DNA from: an uncultured Acidobacteriota bacterium
GTDB taxonomy: Bacteria > Actinomycetota > Acidimicrobiia > Spongiisociales > ZC4RG35
Assembly: GCA_963749415.1 (NCBI GenBank)
Contig: CAVVMG010000001.1
Span: forward strand, 1,575,581 to 1,639,580
Length of the DNA stretch: 64,000 nucleotides
Direction of reading: 5' to 3'
The first letter of the stretch is position 1; each line of letters starts with the position of its first letter. Under the pieces are notes generated by a model. It was not told the origin of the DNA, made no database searches, and saw only the letters and a program-made list of their open reading frames with translations. Positions 56,753-64,000 of the stretch are shown piece by piece. The position numbers were made by a program, and so were the translations under genes.

Positions 56753-57866
56753 CGCCGAGTGCCCGCAGCATCGGCCTGAGCTTGATCCGCGTCTCCTCGA
56801 GCTCTGCAGCCGGGTCCGACCCTTCGACGAGCCCGACCCCGGTGTAGAGCACCAGATCTTTCCCGGCGACCATCCCGCATCGCAGGGCAATGGCGAACTC
56901 ACCGTCGCCATTGGCATCCAGCCAGCCGACCGGGCCGGCATAGCGGCCCCTCCCGTGCGGCTCGATCTCCCTGATCAGCTCCACCGCAGCCTTGGTCGGT
57001 GTGCCCGCCACCGCAGCCGTGGGATGCAGGGCCGCGACGAGATCGGTGACCTGGATGCCGGGTAGGGCTTCGGCCGCGAATGCGGTGGCGAGATGGGCGA
57101 TGTCCGCGTAGGTCTTCACAGTGGTCGGCTCCCGAGACAGCGTGACACAGAAGGGAGCAAGGGCCTCTTCCACCGAGTCTGCGGCCAGCGCGTGCTCGAT
57201 GGCCATGGTGGGGGATTCGAGCCGGGCGGAAGCCGTTGGGCTCCCTGCATCGGCCGACCCCGCCAGCGACAGCGACCGCACCGACGCCCCGTGCTTGGAG
57301 ACGAGGAGCTCGGGGCTCGATCCGACCAGCCCATCGATCATGAAGGTGTGCGATCCGCCCTGGGCGCGGGCGAGGCGGGCGGCCACCTGCTCGATCGGCA
57401 CCGCGGATTCGAACGCCATGTCGACGGTCCTCGAGACAACAACCTTCTCCACCTCCCCACGGACGATGGCGGCCATCGCCGCCGCCACGGTCGTGATCCA
57501 GGTCTCGCGATCCTCCACGACGATCCGGCCCTCCGGCATGGAAGGGGTGCCGGCGGCCGCAGGGATCGATTCAGGATCGCCGAACAGGAGCCGGGTCCCG
57601 GTCTCGGTCACCTCGACCAGTGTGTCGGGGACGACGACCACGGATCCCGGCTCGTCCTCATCGAAGGTGAAGGCCGCCAGCCCGACCCCTCCGGGAACGG
57701 CGCGTACTGCCTCCCGGGCCCGCTCGAAGCGCTCGGTTCCCGTGCCCGGGTCGAACCGCTGCGCTTCGCCCCAGCCATACAGGGCAAACCCCTCCCTGAC
57801 CCAGGCGACGGCAGGCCTCGAGAGCCATGGCTCCAGGGTTTCGAGGCCCGTTATGGATCCGCTCAT
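56745..57866 (-). CDS. menF: Isochorismate synthase
   Basis: EKVVVSR, GSSPELL, LAGS, HLAT, LHPTAAVAGTP, RGRYAGPVGW, EFAIALRC, ETRIK. Confidence 0.88.
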   Translation of the reverse strand: MSGSITGLETLEPWLSRPAVAWVREGFALYGWGEAQRFDPGTGTERFERAREAVRAVPGGVGLAAFTFDEDEPGSVVVVPDTLVEVTETGTRLLFGDPESIPAAAGTPSMPEGRIVVEDRETWITTVAAAMAAIVRGEVEKVVVSRTVDMAFESAVPIEQVAARLARAQGGSHTFMIDGLVGSSPELLVSKHGASVRSLSLAGSADAGSPTASARLESPTMAIEHALAADSVEEALAPFCVTLSREPTTVKTYADIAHLATAFAAEALPGIQVTDLVAALHPTAAVAGTPTKAAVELIREIEPHGRGRYAGPVGWLDANGDGEFAIALRCGMVAGKDLVLYTGVGLVEGSDPAAELEETRIKLRPMLRALGVS

Positions 57867-58636
57867 GGAGGAGACCAGGCTAGGACGGGTTCCGTGGCTT
57901 CGATCCCGGCCAGCTCCCATGCCATCCGTTCCAGGAGCACGGGGGACCCCGAGGTGGCAAGGCGGAGGGCGCCGCGGCCGGACGAGGCTCCATGGACCCG
58001 AGCCACTTGCTGGGCGACGGCGGGCGCAGGGTCGACGACAACGACCTCGGGCCCGGCCACGGCGCCGACGACTTCCTGGAGGAACGGGAAATGGGTGCAG
58101 CCGAGCACCAGGACATCCGCGCCCCCGGAGAGGACGGGGGCCAGGCATGCGCTGACCGCGGCCTCCGCCTCGTCACCGGCGAGGACTCCGAGCTCCACCA
58201 GCTCGACCCACCGCGGGCAGGCAGCTGTGAGGACCTCCAGTCCGGCTGCATGACGGGAAACCACTGAGGCGAACAGCTCTCCCTGGAATGTGGCGGCGGT
58301 CGCCAGGACTCCGATCACCCCGGTCTTGGTGACCATGGCCGCCGGCTTGACCGCAGGCTCCATTCCGACGAACGGGACCCCGGGGTGGGCTGCCCGCACC
58401 CGGTTGAGCGCGGCCGCCGAAGCTGTATTGCAGGCGATCACGATCGTGGTCGCGCCCTGTTCCAGGAGCCACTCCGTGACCTGGTCCGAGATCATGGCCA
58501 CCTCTTCGAGAGATCGTATGCCGTAGGGAGCCCGCGCCTGATCGGCAAGGTAGACGAGGTCGGCCTCCGGGAGCTCCCTGCGGACATGGGCGAGAACGCC
58601 GAGCCCGCCGATCCCCGAATCGAAGACACCGATCAT
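57863..58636 (-). CDS. murI: Glutamate racemase
   Basis: IGVFDSGIGGL, PYG, IACNTAS, VLGCTHFP. Confidence 0.95.
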   Translation of the reverse strand: MIGVFDSGIGGLGVLAHVRRELPEADLVYLADQARAPYGIRSLEEVAMISDQVTEWLLEQGATTIVIACNTASAAALNRVRAAHPGVPFVGMEPAVKPAAMVTKTGVIGVLATAATFQGELFASVVSRHAAGLEVLTAACPRWVELVELGVLAGDEAEAAVSACLAPVLSGGADVLVLGCTHFPFLQEVVGAVAGPEVVVVDPAPAVAQQVARVHGASSGRGALRLATSGSPVLLERMAWELAGIEATEPVLAWSPP

Positions 58637-58715
58637 CCGCGGTATATCAGCAGGCTGGTCGGGCGGTCACTGGTAGCTTCGATGTTGGTGCCCCCGAGAT
58701 GACGACGGGAGTCAG

Positions 58716-59318
58716 ATGACCACGATCCGGATCGGCCTGGTGTGCTTCGATGGAATGGAGGAGCTCGACCTCGTCGGTCCATGGGAAGTGCTCCGAATGT
58801 GGCAGCTCAGCTGGCCCGAAGACGGGGCTGAGGTGTTCACCCTCTCTCTCGACGGGGAGACCGTCACCTGTGCCAAGGGCATGGAGATCAAGACCCAGGT
58901 CCCGGTCGCGGAGGCCGGGGACCTCGATGTGATCGTCTACCCGGGCGGTGTCGGGACTCGCCGCCAAATCGGGGACCAGCACATCGCAGGCTGGCTCCGC
59001 GGGCTCTTCGAGCGCGGGACCCTCATCACCTCGGTGTGCACCGGGTCGCTGGTGCTGGCCGATGCCGGAATCCTCCGCAACCGCCCGGCCACCACCTATT
59101 GGTCCCGCTTGGAGACGCTGCGCGAGCTCGATCCCACGGTCGAGATCAGGCCAGACGACCGGTTCGTGGACTCCGGCGAGGTGATCACTGCTGCCGGTGT
59201 GTCCGCGGGGATCGACATGGCCCTCTACCTCGTTGGCCGCCTGACCACCGAGGAACGGGCGCGGGAAGTGCAGCGGGCGATCCAATACGATCCCGCCCCT
59301 CCGTTCGTCACCGCTTGA
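58716..59318 (+). CDS. DJ-1/PfpI family protein
   Basis: EELDLVGPWEV, PGG, SVCTGS, AGVSAGIDMAL, IQYDPAPP. Confidence 0.9.
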   Translation: MTTIRIGLVCFDGMEELDLVGPWEVLRMWQLSWPEDGAEVFTLSLDGETVTCAKGMEIKTQVPVAEAGDLDVIVYPGGVGTRRQIGDQHIAGWLRGLFERGTLITSVCTGSLVLADAGILRNRPATTYWSRLETLRELDPTVEIRPDDRFVDSGEVITAAGVSAGIDMALYLVGRLTTEERAREVQRAIQYDPAPPFVTA

Positions 59319-61248
59319 GTGGGACGATCCCATTCAGGCTCTCCGGGTTCTCCAAACCGGAAAGGTCTCCTGTCTCCTCGCCGAGAGCGAGGGCCCTCAC
59401 CACCCGGCGCATGATCTTGGCGGAGCGGGTGCGGGGGAGGTCCTCCACCCATTGGACCGACTTGGGGCGAAAGCTCTTGCCGAGGCCGGCCACCACGGCC
59501 GCTTCGACGCGGGCAGTCAGATCGTCGCCGGGATCGGCGTCGGGAGCCGGCACCAGATAGAGAGCGATGGCCTCTCCCTTCACCTCATCCGGCACGCCGA
59601 CAGCGGCCGCCATCGCCACTTCGGGCAGAGCAACGGCCAGGGACTCGATCTCGGCCGGCCCGATCCTCTTCCCTGCGATGTTGAGCGTGTCGTCCGAGCG
59701 CCCATGCAGGTACCAGAACCCGTCCTGGTCCACAGAGGCCCAGTCACCGTGCACCCAGATCCCTTCCAACCTCTCCCAATACGTGGCGAGGTAGCGCTCG
59801 GAGTCGTTCCAAAAGCCCCGGGTCCGACCCGGCCAGGAGCCGCGCACTGCGAGCTCACCGACCTCCCCTCTCACCGAATTGCCACTGCTGTCGACGATGT
59901 CGGTGCCGATGCCGAGCGCCGCGCCCCCGACCGAGGTCGGCTTGATGCCCTGCAGCATGTTCACCGACACCAGACAGGCGCCGATCTCGGTGCCGCCCGA
60001 GATATTGATGATCGGTCGATCCCCTGCACCGACCTCGTCGAAGAGCCACCACCAAGGATCGGGGTTCCAGGGCTCGCCGGTCGACCCGAAGGTCTTGAGT
60101 CGGGAAAGATCGTGCTTGGCTGCTTGGCCCGCCCCGTGCCGTTTCAGAGAGCGGATCAGGGTGGGGGAGATGCCGAGGATGCTGACTCCCATGTCCGCGG
60201 CGACCTGCCACAGGCGGTCCGGCCCGGGATGATCCGGCGCCCCGTCGAATGTGGCAACCGCGGCGCCGTTGGCGAGCGCGGCGACGATCACCCACGGCCC
60301 CATGATCCAGCCGATGTCGGTGGCCCACATCACGACATCCTCACGGTGGATGTCGAACTGGAACGCCCCCTCGGCGGCGACCTGGGTGGTGAAACCGGCA
60401 TGGACGTGGACCGCCCCTTTGGGCCGCCCGGTGGTGCCCGAGGTGTAGGCGATGAGAAACGGGTCCTCGGACCCGGTTTCCGCAGGAGCGGCGGGAGGGG
60501 CAGACGCCACCAGCTCCGACCACCAGATGTCCCGCTCCGGGACCATGTCAGGCGTGGGGCCGGCATAGTCGGCGACCACCACGTTCTCGATCCCACCTGC
60601 CAATGCGATCGCCCGGTCTGCCACCTCTTTCATCCCCACCATCTGGCCGCGACGTTGGAAGCCGGTGGCGCAGACGATGGCCTTCGGCTTGGGGTCGATC
60701 AGCCTCCCGGCAACCGCCTCCGCGCCATATCCCGAGAAGATGGGGACGACGATCGCACCGAGTCGGGCTGTTCCGAGAAACGCCACCACCGCCTGCCACG
60801 ACATCGGGAGGAAGAGGGCCACAGCATCGCCTCGCCCCACCCCGAGCGAGGCGAGCCCGCCGGCGAAAGCGGCTACCTGGTCGCGAAGCTCACCAAAGGT
60901 GAGCTCGTTCGTGGTCCCATCCTCGCGCTGCGAGCGAAGCGCGAGCCGGGTGGGATCGGAATCCGCCCATCGGTCGACGCATGCCCGGCTCAGGTTGAAC
61001 ATCGAGCCGGTGAACCAGGTGGTCCATGGCTCGCCACGCGAGGTGTCGCTCACCGCCCTCCAGGGGCGATCGAAGGGCAATCCGAGGAAGCCGACGACCT
61101 CCGACCAGAACCAGTCGGGATCAGCGACAGATCGGCGCCGAAGCTCATGGAAGTCGTCGATCCCGTGGACGGCCATGAAGGCGGCGGTGTGGGTTGCGGC
61201 GGCCCGCTCTGGACTGGGTCGCCAGGCGACCTCGAAGTGATCGGTCAT
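59308..61248 (-). CDS. Acyl-CoA synthetase (acetate--CoA ligase-like)
   Basis: YTSGTTGRPKG, GSTGEP, SGGTE, HGD, GRSDD, LPRTRSAKIMRR. Confidence 0.88.
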   Translation of the reverse strand: MTDHFEVAWRPSPERAAATHTAAFMAVHGIDDFHELRRRSVADPDWFWSEVVGFLGLPFDRPWRAVSDTSRGEPWTTWFTGSMFNLSRACVDRWADSDPTRLALRSQREDGTTNELTFGELRDQVAAFAGGLASLGVGRGDAVALFLPMSWQAVVAFLGTARLGAIVVPIFSGYGAEAVAGRLIDPKPKAIVCATGFQRRGQMVGMKEVADRAIALAGGIENVVVADYAGPTPDMVPERDIWWSELVASAPPAAPAETGSEDPFLIAYTSGTTGRPKGAVHVHAGFTTQVAAEGAFQFDIHREDVVMWATDIGWIMGPWVIVAALANGAAVATFDGAPDHPGPDRLWQVAADMGVSILGISPTLIRSLKRHGAGQAAKHDLSRLKTFGSTGEPWNPDPWWWLFDEVGAGDRPIINISGGTEIGACLVSVNMLQGIKPTSVGGAALGIGTDIVDSSGNSVRGEVGELAVRGSWPGRTRGFWNDSERYLATYWERLEGIWVHGDWASVDQDGFWYLHGRSDDTLNIAGKRIGPAEIESLAVALPEVAMAAAVGVPDEVKGEAIALYLVPAPDADPGDDLTARVEAAVVAGLGKSFRPKSVQWVEDLPRTRSAKIMRRVVRALALGEETGDLSGLENPESLNGIVPLKR

Positions 61249-61318
61249 CGTCGAAGCTCCACAGGCGGAGGCTAGGAGTTCCCCGTGCCCGGCCCGTGCC
61301 CGCCTACCCTCCCCGGCG

Positions 61319-62410
61319 ATGTCCACGGCAGCAGAGAAGGCGGACAGCAAGCAGTTCCGGAGGAGGACTCTTGTCGTCGCCGGCGTGCTCGTACTCACCG
61401 CGGCAGCGCTGTGGCTGATCTACCGGCTCAGCAACATCCTGTTCATGGTCTTCGTCTCGATATTCGTCGCGGTGGCGATCGAGCCTCCGGTGCACTATCT
61501 CGAGAAGCGGGGCTGGCGCCGCGGCGCGGCCACCGGTGTCGTCTTCCTGGCGGGATTCGCCCTGGTTGTGGTCTTCTTCATCGCTCTGGTGCCGCTGTTC
61601 GTCCGGCAGATCGACCAATTGATCGATGCCGCTCCCGGATACGTCACCACGCTGGCACAGTTCGTAGAGGACACGTTCGGCGTTCAGACCTCGGACCTCC
61701 AGGTCGCCGAGGAGGGACAGTCGGTGCGTGACGCATTGGGCAACTTCGCCGGCACACTGGTCGGCGGTCTGATCGGGGTCACCACCGGGGTGTTCAACTT
61801 CCTGATCTTCGCCACCACCGTCGGCATCTTCACCTTCTACTTGGTTGCCGACCTCCCCAAGGTGCAGCACACCGTCCTGTCATACATGCCCCCGGATCGT
61901 CAGAGGGAGGCGCTCCATGTCTGGGGCATCGCCGTCGAGAAGATGGGTGGCTACATCTACTCGCGGTTGATCCTGGCGGTGCTGAGTGCCGTCCTCTCAG
62001 CGGTCGTCCTGTCGTTCCTCGGCGTCCCGTTCGCGGTGTCGCTTGGGATCTGGGTGGGCGTGCTCAGCCAGTTCATCCCGGTAATCGGGACCTACTTGGC
62101 GGCGATCCTTCCTGCGGTGGTCGCCCTTTCGGCCAATGGGCCGACCAACGCGCTCTGGGTAGTCATCTTCTTCCTGGGCTATCAGCAGGTGGAGAACTAC
62201 CTGATCGCTCCTCGTATCACGAAGAGGACGATGGAGATCCACCCTGCGATCTCGATTGGCGCGATTCTGGCCGGAGGTGCGTTGATGGGCGGGTTGGGCG
62301 TGATCCTGGCGCTTCCCATGGCCGGGATCATCCAGGCCCTGATCTCCGAGTATTCGACCCATCGTCACGACGTGATCCCCGAGGTCCCGGAGCCGGAACT
62401 CGACGACTGA
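61319..62410 (+). CDS. AI-2E family transporter
   Basis: IPVIGT, QQVENYLIAPRI, IHP, GVILALP. Confidence 0.88.
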   Translation: MSTAAEKADSKQFRRRTLVVAGVLVLTAAALWLIYRLSNILFMVFVSIFVAVAIEPPVHYLEKRGWRRGAATGVVFLAGFALVVVFFIALVPLFVRQIDQLIDAAPGYVTTLAQFVEDTFGVQTSDLQVAEEGQSVRDALGNFAGTLVGGLIGVTTGVFNFLIFATTVGIFTFYLVADLPKVQHTVLSYMPPDRQREALHVWGIAVEKMGGYIYSRLILAVLSAVLSAVVLSFLGVPFAVSLGIWVGVLSQFIPVIGTYLAAILPAVVALSANGPTNALWVVIFFLGYQQVENYLIAPRITKRTMEIHPAISIGAILAGGALMGGLGVILALPMAGIIQALISEYSTHRHDVIPEVPEPELDD

Positions 62411-62559
62411 CCAGTGGCTGAGTTGTTGGCGTTGCGCCGTCGCCGCTTTACCTTTACCCATCCAGGATCGCTCGCGCTCGCGCAGAGCCGGTGTGAGCAT
62501 CCTCGGGGAGGGGCTTCGGCTCCGGGATCCGCAGGCCAACCACGACGGAGGGACGACAG

Positions 62560-64000
62560 GTGCGAGACTCGCGCGGCAGCGCAGTCGCCTCACGGGCGCG
62601 CCTATTGCTCGTGCTGGGCATGGTGGTTGCGGCCTGTAACGGCGGGGCCGAGGGCACCACGACCACCACCGTCACCACGACCAGTGTCGAGGCAGCGACC
62701 ACGACAGCAGCCCCGCCTCCGGAATGCCCCGACGCCTTCTGTGTTCGCTATCACGTCCGGCCCGAAGCGGCGTGGGCCGATGGCACGCCGGTGACTGCCG
62801 ATGATTTCGCCTTCACCTTCGAGACGCTGATGGACCAGGACCTCGAGGTCGCCAGCCGATCGGGTTACAGCCTCATCACCGGTTACGAGGTCGTCGACGA
62901 CAAGACGTTTCTCGCCATCTTCTCCGAGGTCTACGCACCCTGGAGGAATCTCTTCAACGTGGTGCTCCCGGCGCACGTATTGGGCGACCAGCCGTTCAAT
63001 GAGGTCTGGGACGAAGCCATCACCCTCGGCTCGGGCCCGTTCCAGTTTTCGGAGTACGTCGCAGAGGAAAGCATCTCGCTAACCCGTAATCCGAACTACT
63101 GGGCCACCCGCGACCCGGCCTCGGGAGCTTCGATGGGTGATGTTCAAAATGTGCGGATCGATTTCCTGGGTGACTCGGCAACTCTGGTGGACGCCCTCCG
63201 CGACGAGGAGATCGACATGTTCTATCCGGAGCCAAATGAGTCACTGGTCGATGAAGTCACATCGATGGGCGACATCACCTCGGAGATCGGACCGGGTCGG
63301 ATCTGGGAGCACATCGACTTCAACCATGACGATCCGCTGTTGTCGAAGAAGTACGTCCGCGAAGCTTTCGCCCGAGCCATCGACCGGGAGGAAGTCCTCG
63401 ATGAGGTGGTTCGGCCGATGCTCGAGGGGGCGGTGGCGCTCGGGAACACCGTGTGGCTGACGGAGACCCCGTACTACGAAGACCACTTCGGTCAGTACAC
63501 ATACGACCCCGAGGCCGCGCGGCAGCTCCTGGTGGCCAACGGGTGTGTGGAAGGAGAAGACGGGATCTACGTTTGCGACGGCCAGCGGCTGTCCTTCCGG
63601 TGGGCGACCACTGCGGGCATCGAAGGGCGGGAGGCCCTCTTCGACCTGGCCCAGGAGGACCTCCTCGAGGTCGGGATCGAGGTCGTCGCCGATTTCGGCC
63701 CGGCAACCAGGGTCTTCGCCAACGAGTTCATTTACGGGGACTCGTCGGTGTGGCAAATCCTCAACTTCGCCTGGTTTGGTGCAGCCGATCCGTCGGGACG
63801 GAACACGGTGTACTACTGCGAAGGTGCGGCACCCAGCGGTTTCGGGGATATCAACGTCAACCGGTATTGCAACGACGAGATCGAGGACCTGATCCACCAA
63901 ACCGAGACCGAGGTGGACGACCAAGCGAGGGCCGCCCTCTACAACCAGGCGGACTCGCTGTACCTGAACGACGTCGCCTCCATCCCGCTCTATCAGAAGC
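62560..64000 (+). CDS. Family 5 (peptide/nickel) ABC substrate-binding lipoprotein, partial
   Basis: GTG 62560 after GGAGG; VVAAC lipobox; WADGTPVTADD, GSGPFQF, LTRNPNYW, VREAFARAIDR, YDPEAARQLL; open to the window end. Confidence 0.85.
   Translation, partial: MRDSRGSAVASRARLLLVLGMVVAACNGGAEGTTTTTVTTTSVEAATTTAAPPPECPDAFCVRYHVRPEAAWADGTPVTADDFAFTFETLMDQDLEVASRSGYSLITGYEVVDDKTFLAIFSEVYAPWRNLFNVVLPAHVLGDQPFNEVWDEAITLGSGPFQFSEYVAEESISLTRNPNYWATRDPASGASMGDVQNVRIDFLGDSATLVDALRDEEIDMFYPEPNESLVDEVTSMGDITSEIGPGRIWEHIDFNHDDPLLSKKYVREAFARAIDREEVLDEVVRPMLEGAVALGNTVWLTETPYYEDHFGQYTYDPEAARQLLVANGCVEGEDGIYVCDGQRLSFRWATTAGIEGREALFDLAQEDLLEVGIEVVADFGPATRVFANEFIYGDSSVWQILNFAWFGAADPSGRNTVYYCEGAAPSGFGDINVNRYCNDEIEDLIHQTETEVDDQARAALYNQADSLYLNDVASIPLYQK

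Noticed and set aside
59452-61275. Long opposite-strand ORFs (for example 607 aa here, 47992-49398 and 3848-5074)
   Set aside because: These are antisense shadows of well-supported genes, expected at high GC, and show no recognisable motifs.
1-64000. CRISPR array, rRNA, tRNA, integrase or transposase
   Set aside because: No repeat-spacer pattern, RNA-gene signature or DDE/recombinase motif was seen. The Cas4-like gene has no cas neighbours.

Overview
A GC-rich, densely coding actinobacterial chromosome segment. Gene content and the many leaderless TANNNT-start genes suggest class Acidimicrobiia, though this is an inference. It holds about 57 CDSs and no rRNA, tRNA, CRISPR array or integrase. 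At least 8 genes, including ychF and gcvP, are split by short indels, which most likely reflects an unpolished long-read assembly. Main blocks: a split homoprotocatechuate-type aromatic catabolism cluster (3-10 kb and 14.8-17.8 kb) interrupted by an accessory islet (Ltp lipoprotein, PD-(D/E)XK-like protein, DUF222/HNH element); a tandem GTPase pair; a noeA/noeB-like module; a mannosylglycerate synthase divergent from a complete herA-mre11-rad50-nurA operon; glycine riboswitch-gcvP; and menC/menD/menF and murI. Strongest leads: (1) a TGTC(C/G)(C/G)-N10-TACNNT promoter motif (PafBC/RecA-NDp-like) in front of four DNA-repair or nuclease genes; (2) an unannotated 17-aa Cys-rich peptide gene controlled by a triple ArsR operator; (3) an MppR/Sbi00515-like enzyme coupled to SSADH that may replace HpaH/HpaI; (4) a rare GT78 mannosylglycerate synthase coupled to a small DMT transporter; (5) a candidate ~150-nt sRNA with C-rich loops between ychF and gcvP. 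All product calls come from motif recognition by eye; no database searches were run.
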